Source: Microthyrium microscopicum (taxonomy: Eukaryota). From it: a stretch of 64,000 nt of DNA. The translations under genes were made by a program, and so were the position numbers. This document shows positions 1 to 11,646 of this stretch, one piece after another (positions within the stretch are counted from its first letter, which is position 1; each line of letters begins with the position of its first letter). The notes under the pieces were generated by a model. The model had not been told where the DNA came from. It made no database searches and worked only from the letters and a program-made list of their open reading frames with translations. The stretch lies in contig MU004231.1 of assembly GCA_010405405.1 (NCBI GenBank), positions 2,619,860-2,683,859 on the forward strand. Direction: 5' to 3'.

Positions 1-1672
1 GGATTTTGCGAGCCGGAGGACATGCGATATGCTTCTCCAGAATCGGGTTCAATTTCATAATCTCCTTCTCTTGGTGCGAAAAATTTGCAGACCAAGAAAT
101 CCGAAGTTATGTGTTGGCCGAGTTTGAGTAGATTCCGAATGTACTCATCCAGATTTGCTCTTCGCCCGTTGGAAATATTGTCCGTGACGTATGTGACAGG
201 TCCAGGCATATATGGTAGCGATCGTTCTACTCCTGGCACATTTCCGGCCTCGCGGGGATATGCTTGAATAAGGTTGATCTGGAGGTCGTAGAAATCTTGA
301 TATAGTCTTTGAAGTTCCCAGTGGCGGCCATCTTCCATCTCCACTTCCACTATAAACCAGAAAACATCATCGGCGAAGCAGTATCGGGGAACGGACGCGC
401 GAACGGCAGAGAGCAGGTTTTCGTTTCGGAAAGTCTGGGGTCCATACAGCGGGCCATTACGAGGAGGCTAGAAATGATTATTAGTACTTCTCGCGTTTCG
501 GAAGTTGCATTCAGACTGACCTGGAGTCCATAACCACTTCCATTGACACCTTGCGATTGTTGAGACTTCTCTTGCTGTGACTGTCCAGATCCATTCAAAC
601 TCATTCGTTCCATGCCTTGTTGCATGCCTTGTGCGCCAGGTTCCAGTTTGCCTAGAGCTATGCTTCCATTCTTGTAATCTGCTGCCATTTTTTTCCATTC
701 TTCAACCTTTGGAACACCGGCTCTTCGAACAGCCTCTTGTGGGTCTTCCACTGCTTTGTTGGAGCCCATATCTCTGATTTCGATGAAGGACACTGGAATC
801 AATCCTGGACCCCCCAATCTTGTAATCGGTTTTGCGACGAACCATTCAGGATTGGATTGCGCAATCACAATTATCGCTTCTCCTTCTTTCGCATCCAACT
901 CATCAGGTCTCTCCGCCTTGAAATCATACATAACAACACCGTAAACCATGGCACCAGCATTTCGCAGTGATTTTGACATTCTCATAGGGTTTGGGGGAGT
1001 TGCTGCAGCACCTGCTCCTCCTCCGTACCCTGAATCGTGGGTGCCGACCGGTATGAATTGATCAGACTTTTGCGATCCACCACTATTTCGCGCTTGTTTT
1101 CCGACAATTTCAAAATATTGAGCAGGTACCAGACCTCTTGTTCCTTGCAGGGGATTGCAAGCTTCGTACCAAGTTGGATCGTCTTCGCGCTCTACAACGT
1201 GTAAAAAGTCGCCTTGTGAGAAGCTGAGATAGCGGGCGTCGGGTGCGGAGTAGTCGTATAGAGCTTTGATGACCTAGGGCATTCAAAGAGAAAGTGTTAG
1301 CTGAGTGTGCTTGGGATGTTTGGAAAGAGTTTGGGGAGATTGCGGGAGGGGTGGCGTTCGTGAGCGAACGGGCCAAGAGGCAATGGGTGTTTGCGAGGGT
1401 GAAGTGGCGGACAACAATAGACAACAATAGGACGCACCTTTTTGGGAGGGACGATTGCAATGGCATCTTTAGGCGGAACGGAGGCATGTGAGGATTTGGA
1501 TTCGCCTTTGTCACTCTTCATAGACATGCGAAACTGAGATGATTGTTAGCAGAGTTCTTCAATGTTCTGCAAGGCGCTGAAGGCAGGCACGCGGGTGGGC
1601 GGCAAAAGCCAAAGCCAGAGGCAGAAGCGCGGGCGAGGAAGCTGCAAAGGGCCGAGTTCGTACCTTTACCAT
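1..1672 (-). CDS. bem1: Bem1/Scd2 polarity scaffold (SH3-SH3-PX; PB1 end expected outside the window), 3'-truncated by window edge
   Basis: Spliced model: ATG GTA AAG (1672-1664), exon FRMSMKSDKG...AIVPPKK (1533-1438), exon from 1273 VIKALYDY (SH3-1) through YDFKAERPDEL...WFVAKPITRLGGPGLIPVSFIE (SH3-2), intron near 520-469, then PX domain VPRYCFADDVFWF...LPYMPGPVTYVTDNISNGRRANLDEYIRNLL. GT/AG ends and CTAAC/CTAAT branch sites are visible. Confidence 0.93.
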
Positions 1673-4317
1673 GGCTGAAGAGGAGTGGTGGAGACGCAAA
1701 GTGCGACTCCAAATTGACGAGAGGCTACTCTAGGGTATGGACGAACAAAGCTGTAGTTTGATAGATGCGCGAGTGATGAGAGCGACGACTTGGAAGTGAC
1801 GAGGATCTTTGGGATTTTGTTGGAGTTGTTGTTGTAATTGATGGACGGAACCGGGGCGGAGAGTGGGGAGGTCGGCGATTATAAAGTGCAGGAGCGTATG
1901 CCGAATTGATGTTAGTAGTAGTAGTTGTCGGGAAATTCGAGGTCAGAGTATAAAGTTTGGAAGGTTGGATTCTGGGCTGGGACCTGGGTTGAGGAATGGA
2001 GAAAGGAAGAAAGGAGAAATAGTAGCGGAAGCAGTATGCTTGTATGCTTGTATGGTAGGTTGTAATGCCTACTCTGCCCGAGTACGGTACTTTGTGCGTG
2101 TTATGATACGTCAAAGACTCTCAAAGCAATGTGCCAATGTTCAGGTAGGAACTGATGTACATTATTGTAGGGCAGCCGCCAACCTTATTCTTCTTTAGTA
2201 TTCTTATTGAGCCTCGACTCTGCACCCTCCACCCTCCACTACTCGTTAAATTCTACAGTATTCCACCAAAATCATCCCAGATTGACATTCGGGGCATGCC
2301 ATATGCGCTGCCTAGCTAGGCTACTTCTTGGGCATTGGTATTCTCGCCAAACTCTCTGCAATTCCAACCATTGCGGCTGTGTCTGCGCCGCCTGATATCG
2401 TCCAAAAGCCATTCAATCGGTCAGGCCCGGGCTAACCAGACCAGCTGCGCAGCCTCACAAGAAGCAAAAAGAGGGCAATTGGGTATCAAAAACGGCTTCA
2501 CTAACGTCTATCAGGAGTCATCGACATGGGGGCCAGCTACATTCTATCAATTTTCCCCCGGAGGATCTTCAATCTTTGCAGTTCGCCTCTGCAAGGTACG
2601 GACTCACCACTGCATTCAACAGCACTTCAACGACCTCCAAGCCAGCATTTGATGTAGGGCAGACGGATCCAGTTGAAACTGATGTGGTCTTAAGGAGGCG
2701 ACAAGCTCCAGTGATTGTAGACGCTTGAACAAAGCTAGTCAAGCATCCATGCCTTATGAAGTTATGAAACTGAACGACTCGTTTTGGTACAAGGGCCATC
2801 TTGCATTTCATCAACTGCATGCCACCAAACTTCCTCTCAAGAATTTCAACAATCCACTCTTTAGACTACAGGTGTGACTTGAATCCACCCGACTGCAAGC
2901 AGGTCAGGCCCGTCCCCCCGCATTAGAGGTTCAATTTTTTCTCGTCCCCACTGGCTACTGAATCAATTTGACAGGCCAGCATCTTCTGTTGCCTAGCGCG
3001 CTGTTGAGAACAGCTCAAAGCTCAAACCAACTATATATCAAGCGCATGTGCTTGTAAACGTTTTGATGCGGGTGGACCATCAACTCCGATGCCTGGCTTC
3101 TGGTACGGAACGGTAAATCACTCGTGGCCATGGACGTCATCCCTATCTCGTACACGCATCCATCCAACAGTGTGTCGAAATTATATCTCACCCTTCAACC
3201 CCTTACCAAGTACTCGAGTCCAAATAATTTCCATTTCGGGCTCACAAAGCCCCTATTTCAGCAATCTACCTACTCGTGTTCCACGAACCCCATCTTGAGA
3301 GGCACAGTAAGTCTGTAAGACCACACACGCGCCAGTCCTACCGTGTCTACGTTATCCCTTCCACAAAAGTTTCCCAAGCCAGTTTTGGCTTCTGGAAGGA
3401 TGGGTCATTTCCAACGTCTGCATTTCACTTTACTCTCCAATCAACGCTGTGGTGGCAATGAAAGCTGAGCAAAAATGGCATCTCCAATCATCATTGGTCC
3501 ATTGTAGAAGACCAGGCGCTTGCATCAGTCGACCAAGCCCAACTTTCGTCCTCTATGACTCCCAACTTTTCGCTTCTTGCGCATTATCAACGTTGAAATC
3601 CAGCTATGCACGAGATCACGTTGCGCATCATTGGGCAACATAAATCTTGGAATGAGGAGGGGATATGGTGGAGCAAAAAGAAAGACAGTGGTGGTTACAA
3701 AAAACAAGTAGCCTCAGCACTAAGATATCAGACTATTTTTAGATCAAGGTATTTCTCGTAACGCAATTTCCCAACTTCATCGCTCATTTCGAGTATGATT
3801 TGTGGCAGAATCTTACTTTATGATTTAGACGCGTATCATATATGCGATTGCTCCACATATGAAAGCCACAAACGAAAAGAGTATCATCTGAAATTATGGA
3901 CGCTGTGAGATTATTATGATTATCTTTACATCCTCAGCTGATCTAACTTCAAGATATCAACATTTCTCTGAATTCAAGGACTGAGGTACTTATATTCAAG
4001 TGATAAGCTCTACTGGGGAATTTCAAGTTGAACGAGTGTGATCGAAGATGACATCAAGTGAAATATTTTGGAGTTCCTTGACTGAAATCTGAATACAGAG
4101 ATTATAGCAATATCAAGTTATTGTCTACTAGTATTATCTTCGAAATAACATGTATACAAGCAGAAAGAAAGGAGCCTCAAAGTCAAATTTGCAAAAACCT
4201 CCCTCCAGATAAACACAGAGGGGCAATTCCAACCTACATCAATTTCTTTACTGACCAAGTTCACCAATACAATCTCCTTTCCCCAAACACCAAACCTCTT
4301 TCTCTGTAGTACATCCG

Positions 4318-5136
4318 ATGACGCCCAAAGCCGACGAAGACGCCGCTCTAGCAACCCCAGAATTCTGGGATTCCCGCTATAAAATCGCCGACAACCACGA
4401 AAAGCCCACTCACGAATGGCTATGCACATTCGAGAACCTACACTCCTTCTTTTCACGCAATCTATACCGCGCCAAGGAGTCTGATCAGAATCCACAGATA
4501 CTACATTTGGGATGCGGTGATAGTGTATGTAATACTCTAACATCTGGCATAAATTTTGCTAAGTTATATCTTTAGACGGTCCCACATGATCTTGCCTTGA
4601 TAGGTTATGACAATCAACTATGTCTTGACTTTTCACCTGTTGTTATAGAGTTGATGAAAACTCGCTATCCAGTTTCTGGCATAGAATGGAGATTTGGCGA
4701 TGTGAGAGGTAAGATATTGCTTACGAGCTGAGATTTCTATGGAAAACTGATCTGATAGAGTATAGACATGCACGATGTGCCATCTAGCAGCGTTGATGTT
4801 GCATTCGACAAGAGTACGTTGGACGCGATGGTATATGGAAGTCCATGGAATCCTCCTGATGAGGTCAAGGAAAATGCAGACAAGTACATGGATGAAGTAA
4901 GTTATTTTACAGCTTTAAAGAAAGAGTCTTTACTTAAGCATGAACAGGTATCTAGAGTGTTGAAAGACGATGGTATCTTTCTATTCATCACCTTCAGACA
5001 GCCGCATTTCATGAAACCATTGCTCAAGATTGACACGTTGTGGGATGCCAAGATGGAGACGCTGAAAGGAGATTCCTCTTTTGATTACTTCGGCTTCATC
5101 CTGACGAAGAAAACGGACTGCAAGAAAGAGATCTGA
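4318..5136 (+). CDS. Class I SAM-dependent methyltransferase, EEF1AKMT4/ECE2 (METTL13-N)-like, 4 exons
   Basis: EFWDSRY...HEW, motif I ILHLGCGDS, LDFSPVVIELM, GDVR, VDVAFDKSTLDAM, VSRVLKDDGIFLFITFRQPHF. Introns start at about 4524 (gtatgt), 4709 (gtaaga) and 4897 (gtaagt); stop TGA at 5136. Confidence 0.85.
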
Positions 5137-6498
5137 AGCAAGATAACCTTACGTCCCGGAAGCAAAGGCTAAGTTAAGATTTTGGATCAAGCTTGTATAC
5201 AGGCAATATAAACCCGCCTGCGCCTCAACCCATGCTCATGCCATCGAAATGCCCCCAAGCTAATCTACATTAGCGTTGTGGGGCCAAACGAGAAGATTAT
5301 ATAAACAAAGGTCCATGGACTTTTCCGTCCGGGAGTTTGGAAATCTGATCATGGGTAGCCACGTTAAACTGAGATTGGTCGGACGCGAGCAGCAATTCTA
5401 TTCAGACCTGGAACCGCTTGGGCGAACTTGAAATGGCACACGACACTTGTAAACGTATGCGCCAAGTAGTGTAGATGAACTTGAAATAAGAGTTTTAAGT
5501 TGTTGTAACTTGAGCGGAAGTCAGTCTGGACGCAATTCAAGCACGCCTCGTATGCATGAGCAATTGTGGGCCTTGGGATCCGAAGACCTGGAATACCTCT
5601 GGTCGATCATCTCGGATAAATGCTTGAAGGGAACACATGTACTAATCTCAGGTGTCTAAATAGGTACTGTCTTATGGATTCGAATAGTGACCATGTCAGC
5701 CTCGATGTACTTGCTCGAGCGCAAGATGGCCCAGAACAAGAAGGCACGTTTAGTATGAAAGATGTCCTGATTAACTGTGTAGATCAGTCAGGGACAAAAG
5801 AAAATACCTGTTCGCATATTACCATAGAAGCTGAAGTATCTCAGGGGTTTGGTTCGGAAAGTGATCATTGCCCTTGGAGCACGCGGCTGCTGGGCCCTGA
5901 GATCATTATTTCCCACAATATAATTTATACATCTAATATTACTAGTAAGCTTCTTTGGTCTCGGCGAAATCAAGTTCCTTCCATAGATTAGGCTTTATTT
6001 GGTTCTGGAAGAAGGAAATGTCCAGTAACAGCTGGTCTAGACGACCTTCAGGTTTCTGCGAACATTGTCTGGAATCTGGTCACTACTCAGCCAAACTATA
6101 CAGCACGGGCAAACAAGTTCAATTGTGTCGAAGAATTTCAGGCTGATAACGACCAGAGATAGCATTTCGCACAAGTATCACAATACTTCGAGAATGGCAA
6201 ATTGTCTGAAGCGGAAATTTGGTTGAAATAAGAATAATCTACAGAATGATGTGAAGAACGGCCTCAGACTAACCCAGTGATCAAAATTCAAAGTTTCTTG
6301 GACCAATCTAGGCAATGGAATCGGCCGAATATCTAAAATTGTACCGTTATCTCGGCAGAGCAATATATCGCTTCCGCACTAGGAAACCCGGGGTCAACCT
6401 AGAGTACTTTAACCTTTGTGAAGGCAGCTCGCGGTTCTTAATTTTGCGACTAGTATTGTGTTCTTGGATACTCAGGAAAGAAAGTCGAGGCAAGCAAG

Positions 6499-7976
6499 AT
6501 GCGTGGAATTCTCCTTTTACAGCTCGTGCTGGCTGGGCTGATAGCGGCAGAGCCACAGAAGAAACCTTCAAAGCATGATAATGACAGGAAAAAGAACCCA
6601 AACAAACAGCAACCGAAATTCGACCCCAGGGTCATTCCTATTCCAACTCAAGGTACAGAAGCAGCATTACATGCAAGGTCATGTAATTGTTCTCCAGGCT
6701 TCGTGCCACCAGCATGTGATGGAACAGAAGTGAGCACTCACCATGATACGGGAGGCTGGATATCTGACAGAACCACAGTGCGAATGCAAGAACTCGGCGA
6801 CAATAGCCTGCTGGATGAGCCAAAGAAGTGCCTGCACAGCCAACATAATCGTACGCCCTCATTCCCCCTACGTTCATCCTCCCGATCCTAACATCCGAAG
6901 TCATGTCCAGGTCCTCCAGGCAGCATGGGCGGAGTAAAGTACAACTACTGTGGTCACGGATTCTCAAGCTGTCTCGAGGGAACAACATGCAGAAATCTCG
7001 AAGGACACTGCACAGATGCCACCTGTCTCGGCCTTTGCGTTCCACCTCCTCCAAAATCTCCCACACCCTTGGATCTAGGATCTATGCCGAAGGGTCAGCC
7101 AAGAGGATCACCCAGAGGCCCACTCCCGTCAAGCCCGGCGAGACCCTTCCCATCTGCCGGAGCGTTCCCCAAGAACCCATATGGAGGAACAAGAAGGCCA
7201 AGACCTACGCCTACGCCCACCGTGGAACCACGTCCGGCTGGTCCACCAGTATCACCACCAGGTGGCGCACCAAACGATGCTCCACGACCTCATGTACCTA
7301 CGACCCCAGGCTTTGGCTCCAACGCAGGTAAACCAGATCCTGGAAATCCCAAACCAGAAGCGCCCAAACCAGAGGCGCCTAAGCCGGAAACCAAAAGCGA
7401 AGCGCCAAAGCCAACAATGCGCCCATTCCCCAAGAACACCATCCCAGCCAAAGAAAGCCCAACCCCGAAAGCCGTAGAAGAAGGCGAAGTCGAAGACCCA
7501 AAGAACCCAACCCGCGGCAAAGGCAAGAGCGGTCTCACGCCCAAAGAAAGCAAGCCCAAACCAAAAGCCATTGAAACCGAAGAACCATCCGCCACCTCCG
7601 AACTCACCAAGCCCAGCGCAGCTCACACAGGTCCAGGCTTCATACCTACCACACCGCCCGAGAGTCCCGACCCAGAAGATCCAAAGGCCGCACAACCACT
7701 CGGCGGCTGTCCAAGCCAATTCGTATGTCCAAACAGCTACATGTGCGTGCAAGTGCCAGCAAACGGGAACGGCACAATGGAAGCAGCGTACCGATGTGCG
7801 AGTGATACGGATATTTGTGGAGGATGGAGATATGACAACTGCTTGGAGGATCAGCTTTGTGTGGTGGATCCTCGGAATCACTGGTATGTATCTATTGAAG
7901 CGTTGAGTGAGAATGTGACTAATACGAGTATAGCACCGGACGAGGATGTACGGGCTTGTGTGTATCGTCAATATAA
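6499..7976 (+). CDS. Secreted protein with Cys-rich modules flanking a Pro/Lys/Glu/Thr-rich stalk
   Basis: Signal-peptide-like MRGILLLQLVLAGLIAA. Three introns (gtgagc ~6730, gtacgc ~6851, gtatgt ~7884) join ORFs 6499, 6743 and 6925. The last exon gives CTGRGCTGLCVSSI* with the stop ending at 7976. KPEAP repeats lie in the stalk. Confidence 0.72.
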
Positions 7977-9385
7977 ATACAATTCTTATAGAAACGGCCG
8001 ATATAATATAATCCTAAGTGGAAGGAAGAGGCGAACTATGGTAGCCGACTCTTAGTTTGTAAATTGCATATCAGTTCGCTGTCTGTGGTTGTCTGTAGTG
8101 AATGATAGCATCCTTAATGCAAGCCGGATTATTCTTGGGATTGGAAAAGGTACTCGAGGAATGAGGACGCGTTATGATGGCTGTTGAGCAGCTTCAAGCA
8201 GAGCAGCTGTTGTTACAAATAAGCGCTGTCAAGCAATATGGTAGTACTCACAGAGCGCCTTATGTTGCAGAGATACCAGCTCTAAGGCTTTAAAGCGTTG
8301 GTGTCTACACATAGCATCAGAAGAGGATGAGCATAAATCTTTGATTGAAAGGAAATTAGTTAAGCCGCAACACCATCCTATGCAAATGCAAACACAAAAT
8401 TCTTCAGAAGTCAATAACTGCTGGACCATGAGCAGAATACCGCAAAACATAACGCGCAAAAAACCAGGATGACTGATCAATGTCGAGCACCCATCCAGCC
8501 CCTTCTGCTCCGACAGACAACCCTCGTTATCCCATGGAGTAAATCTTAGGGAATTCAGGTCCAATCCAGCCATCGAGCATTGACGAGTAGTGCTCAATAA
8601 AACACCATTCCGTTGAGAAGGAAAACCAAGGACTCGTAACGAAAGAACACAGAATGTTTGCAATAAGCAACAACGCCGTGCAAATCGTTGTCGACTGTGA
8701 AGTGTCCACGATGAAGAGAAATATCTCAGGAGCCTCGGGAACCCGATTGAGCCCAATCTGGACAGTGTCCAAAACAGCAAACATCATCCATCCACAGTTT
8801 CCCGTGCTGAGATCAGATCGACCAGCCGATTCCACGCTCTTTTCATAGCTCGATGATTGGTACCCTAATCAAGTCCTCTGGTGGACAAAAGATAAGCTTT
8901 AACGGATAAGCCACTGATCGACAGCGAAGGGACGTGGAAACCCGATCATGCAAGATGAAAGACAAGTACGCAAACTCATCGGGCCAGAAGATATGAACAG
9001 GCCGGGTAGGTTTGTTAGTAGATGCTTGATGCTATTCCGAGGCCACTAAGCTGCCAGAAGGTGGTGCAGTGCCGTACATGTCTGTTTGTATGTCTACAGT
9101 ACGGACATGAATTGAGTCGAAACAAAGATTTGCAAAAGGAAGTATAAGAATAGAGGACTTTGACTTTTGGGTATCGATGAAGAATGTGAAACGGGGTATA
9201 AAAGACACGGCCATGGACCGGGGGTATCAAAGCGACGTTCGACCAGAGGAGGTTTGGATAGACTATGGGTACCGGATAAAATGGTAGAGTCCAGGGAAAT
9301 GGAGTTTACTAATGTATCATGACCGTACAATCCAGGAGAGTGTACAATGTGAATAGCTTATTGAATGTTAGTGTAGCCAAGAGGT

Positions 9386-10909
9386 TTATATCTGGCCTTT
9401 GATATCAATTTTTTGAAATGCTGCTTTTTGAGCATGAAGGAAAATGTCCTTTGCTTTCGTGTTCAGCAAGAAGCTGTTGTCTGGCTGCTGAATGAGGTGA
9501 GCTGAAGCACCATTGTCTATGACGAACTGAGCGGCATGATCGTAAGAATCAAAGCCCAATTCCTCAGCAACGAAGGCGACAGGCAAACTCTGGCTATTGT
9601 ATCTAGATCCAGATTAGCAATGAGATTAGAAAAAGGGAAAGGAAACTTACGCTTTGCAAATAGTTGCCAGAGCACGCAGACGCTCTCGATTGATGAACAT
9701 GTCCATGAGCCACGGTCCCATATTCGGACATTCGTGATATAGTTTGAACAACTTGTGATAGTTGCTGAAAGTGATTGCAGACCGCACTTGAAGCGCATGC
9801 TTGATGGCACTTTTCTCCTTGTCTGCTGGAGTCAATTCTGCGAGTAGATTATTCATACTCGATCGATTCGCCGAATAAATCATGTAAAGAATACGATAGG
9901 CCATGAATTCCGAAGGGCGACCGCCCAGTTTCAAGGTGTACAGAGCGCGAAGCTGTGTCTGACACTGGTTATACTCACCCAGATCGCCCTTCTCGAGCGC
10001 AATAAGTGCATGTGTCTCATATACCTTGACGGTGAAAGCGTTCTTGATTCGTTGGACGGTCAAATCTTGGCGGATGGATTTTAGCTGATCACAAACAAAG
10101 TTGTAGTCGCTGTTGAATTTCCACTTCGCCTTGACCATGTCAAGAGCTTGCTCAAGAACGGGTTGAGGACGAACCTCATTTGGTCGAGGTTGGCGGGTCA
10201 AGCGAAAATATCCTTTGACTATTTCGGTGGAGGTTCCGACGACTGGGCCAGTTGAGGCCGTATTGTCGTCGTCGTCTTCTTGACTAGATGAAGATTCGGA
10301 GTGGGCATTCAAATTGAAACGTTTTTGGCGATTTTGCAGTTGTTCCTGGAACTTACTTGATGGTTCAAACACCATGGTCTTTTTCTGCCGTTTTTCCTTG
10401 TTAGTTTTAGCTTTGTTGTTATACATATCGCGATTCTCAAAAGCTCCCTTTCCAGCCTTCTTTCTCCACGGGGGTGTCTCGGGATTGGCTATAGCGTGCT
10501 CCTCGAATGAGCGCTTCCTATTTGGGTTGGGCATGATCGATGAAGGACTAGAATTTGAGTAGATATGGTGAGATGGCGTGGAGTGGTGAGTCCAGGGCTG
10601 TTGTTGGTGTAAGCGTCGTTGCTGAATAGCTTGTTGAGGTAGTGGAAGGGTTGCCCAGTCGATATTGTGGAGATTTCCGCTCTCAGCGGCCGCAGTGATG
10701 GTAGATTTTAGTTCAATGTTCAATTCGTTGCTGTCAATGCCAGGAATTGCGTTCTCTTCGGCAAAGCTTCGTCTTACGTATTCTTTTACTGGTTCAGGGA
10801 AGATTTGACGTGCCTTGGGAGGCGTAGATTCAGAAGGTGTGACGGACATTGGGAGAGCAGTTCTAGGTGACTGCACTGCCGTGAAGGCAGGTGTGAGGGA
10901 GCTGGACAT
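9386..10909 (-). CDS. THP3: SAC3/GANP-family protein, THP3/LENG8-like
   Basis: GPVVGTSTEIVKGYFRLTRQPRPNEVRPQPVLEQAL, CDQLKSIRQDLTVQRIKNAFTVKVYETHALIALEKGDLGEYNQCQTQL. One intron after ATICKA (~9651-9602); C-terminus KIDIKGQI*. Confidence 0.85.
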
Positions 10910-11387
10910 GGTGATGTGGCGCTACAAAGCGAGGTGGAAAAGTTATTCGAGGACAAAGATGGCTACCTTATTTACACGTGAGTAGAGAGAACAAAGAAGA
11001 GAGATAGTCCAGGTTGGCTGGCATATATGATATCGAGAAACCGTTCTCGCGCCCAGGCTGTACAGATGAATTTTGGAGATGGGAGCCAAAGACAGTGGAG
11101 AGAAGAAGTGGTTGGGACTTGAGAGAGAATGCGGTGTGAGGTGAAGTTGAGGTCAACGCGTGGCAACCTAAAGCATTTTTGCCGAACTTTTCCCGATTGG
11201 CTAGTAACCTGACCTCGCATTTCCTATTTGGGCCTCCAATCCAAAATTTGTTTGCTGTTTTAAATATTTTGTCAGTTTGACAGCTGCATGATTTTTACTT
11301 CCATCCCCGTTTGTTCATAGTAACTGATACTTGACTACTCAGGTGGGTTTATACTAATTAGTTACAATCTGCCACCAAGGTTGATAG

Positions 11388-11605
11388 CCAACTGATAGTA
11401 GACAAAATAAATGGCACGGCCCCGCCGACTTCAATGGCTCCCACACGACACGCTCTAGGATTGAGTGCCTTATTTACCACATAGGGCGATCAGACTCGAA
11501 CATTTCATCGAATGAAATAGGAAATACAACACCTCTTGATTAAAAACGTTCGTGGGAGCCAGCGAAGTTGATGGGAGAACGCCAGTTATTTTGTCATCTG
11601 GTTGG
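11388..11605. mobile_element. MITE-like element copy 1 (~215 bp, long imperfect TIRs)
   Basis: Left arm ccaac...gacaaaataaatggcacggccccgccgacttcaatggctcccac pairs imperfectly with right arm gtgggagccagcgaagttgatgggagaacgccagttattttgtc...gttgg. It is similar along its length to copies at 16188 and 16536. Confidence 0.7.
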
Positions 11606-11646
11606 TAGCTTGGGCGCTGAGCCAGTCAGCCACATTTATATGTAGC

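Noticed and set aside
1700..4300. Short ORFs in the bem1-methyltransferase intergenic region, including 3124-3318 with a TATA-like site and a gtaagt
   Set aside because: No recognisable domain and no consistent multi-exon model; more likely long UTR or promoter sequence.
5150..6480. Possible decayed minus-strand gene and ORF 5620-5991
   Set aside because: Some protein-like fragments are broken by stops, but I could not assign a family or frame path.
8229..9330. Overlapping ORFs on both strands between the secreted protein and THP3
   Set aside because: No motifs and no clear coding or splice pattern.
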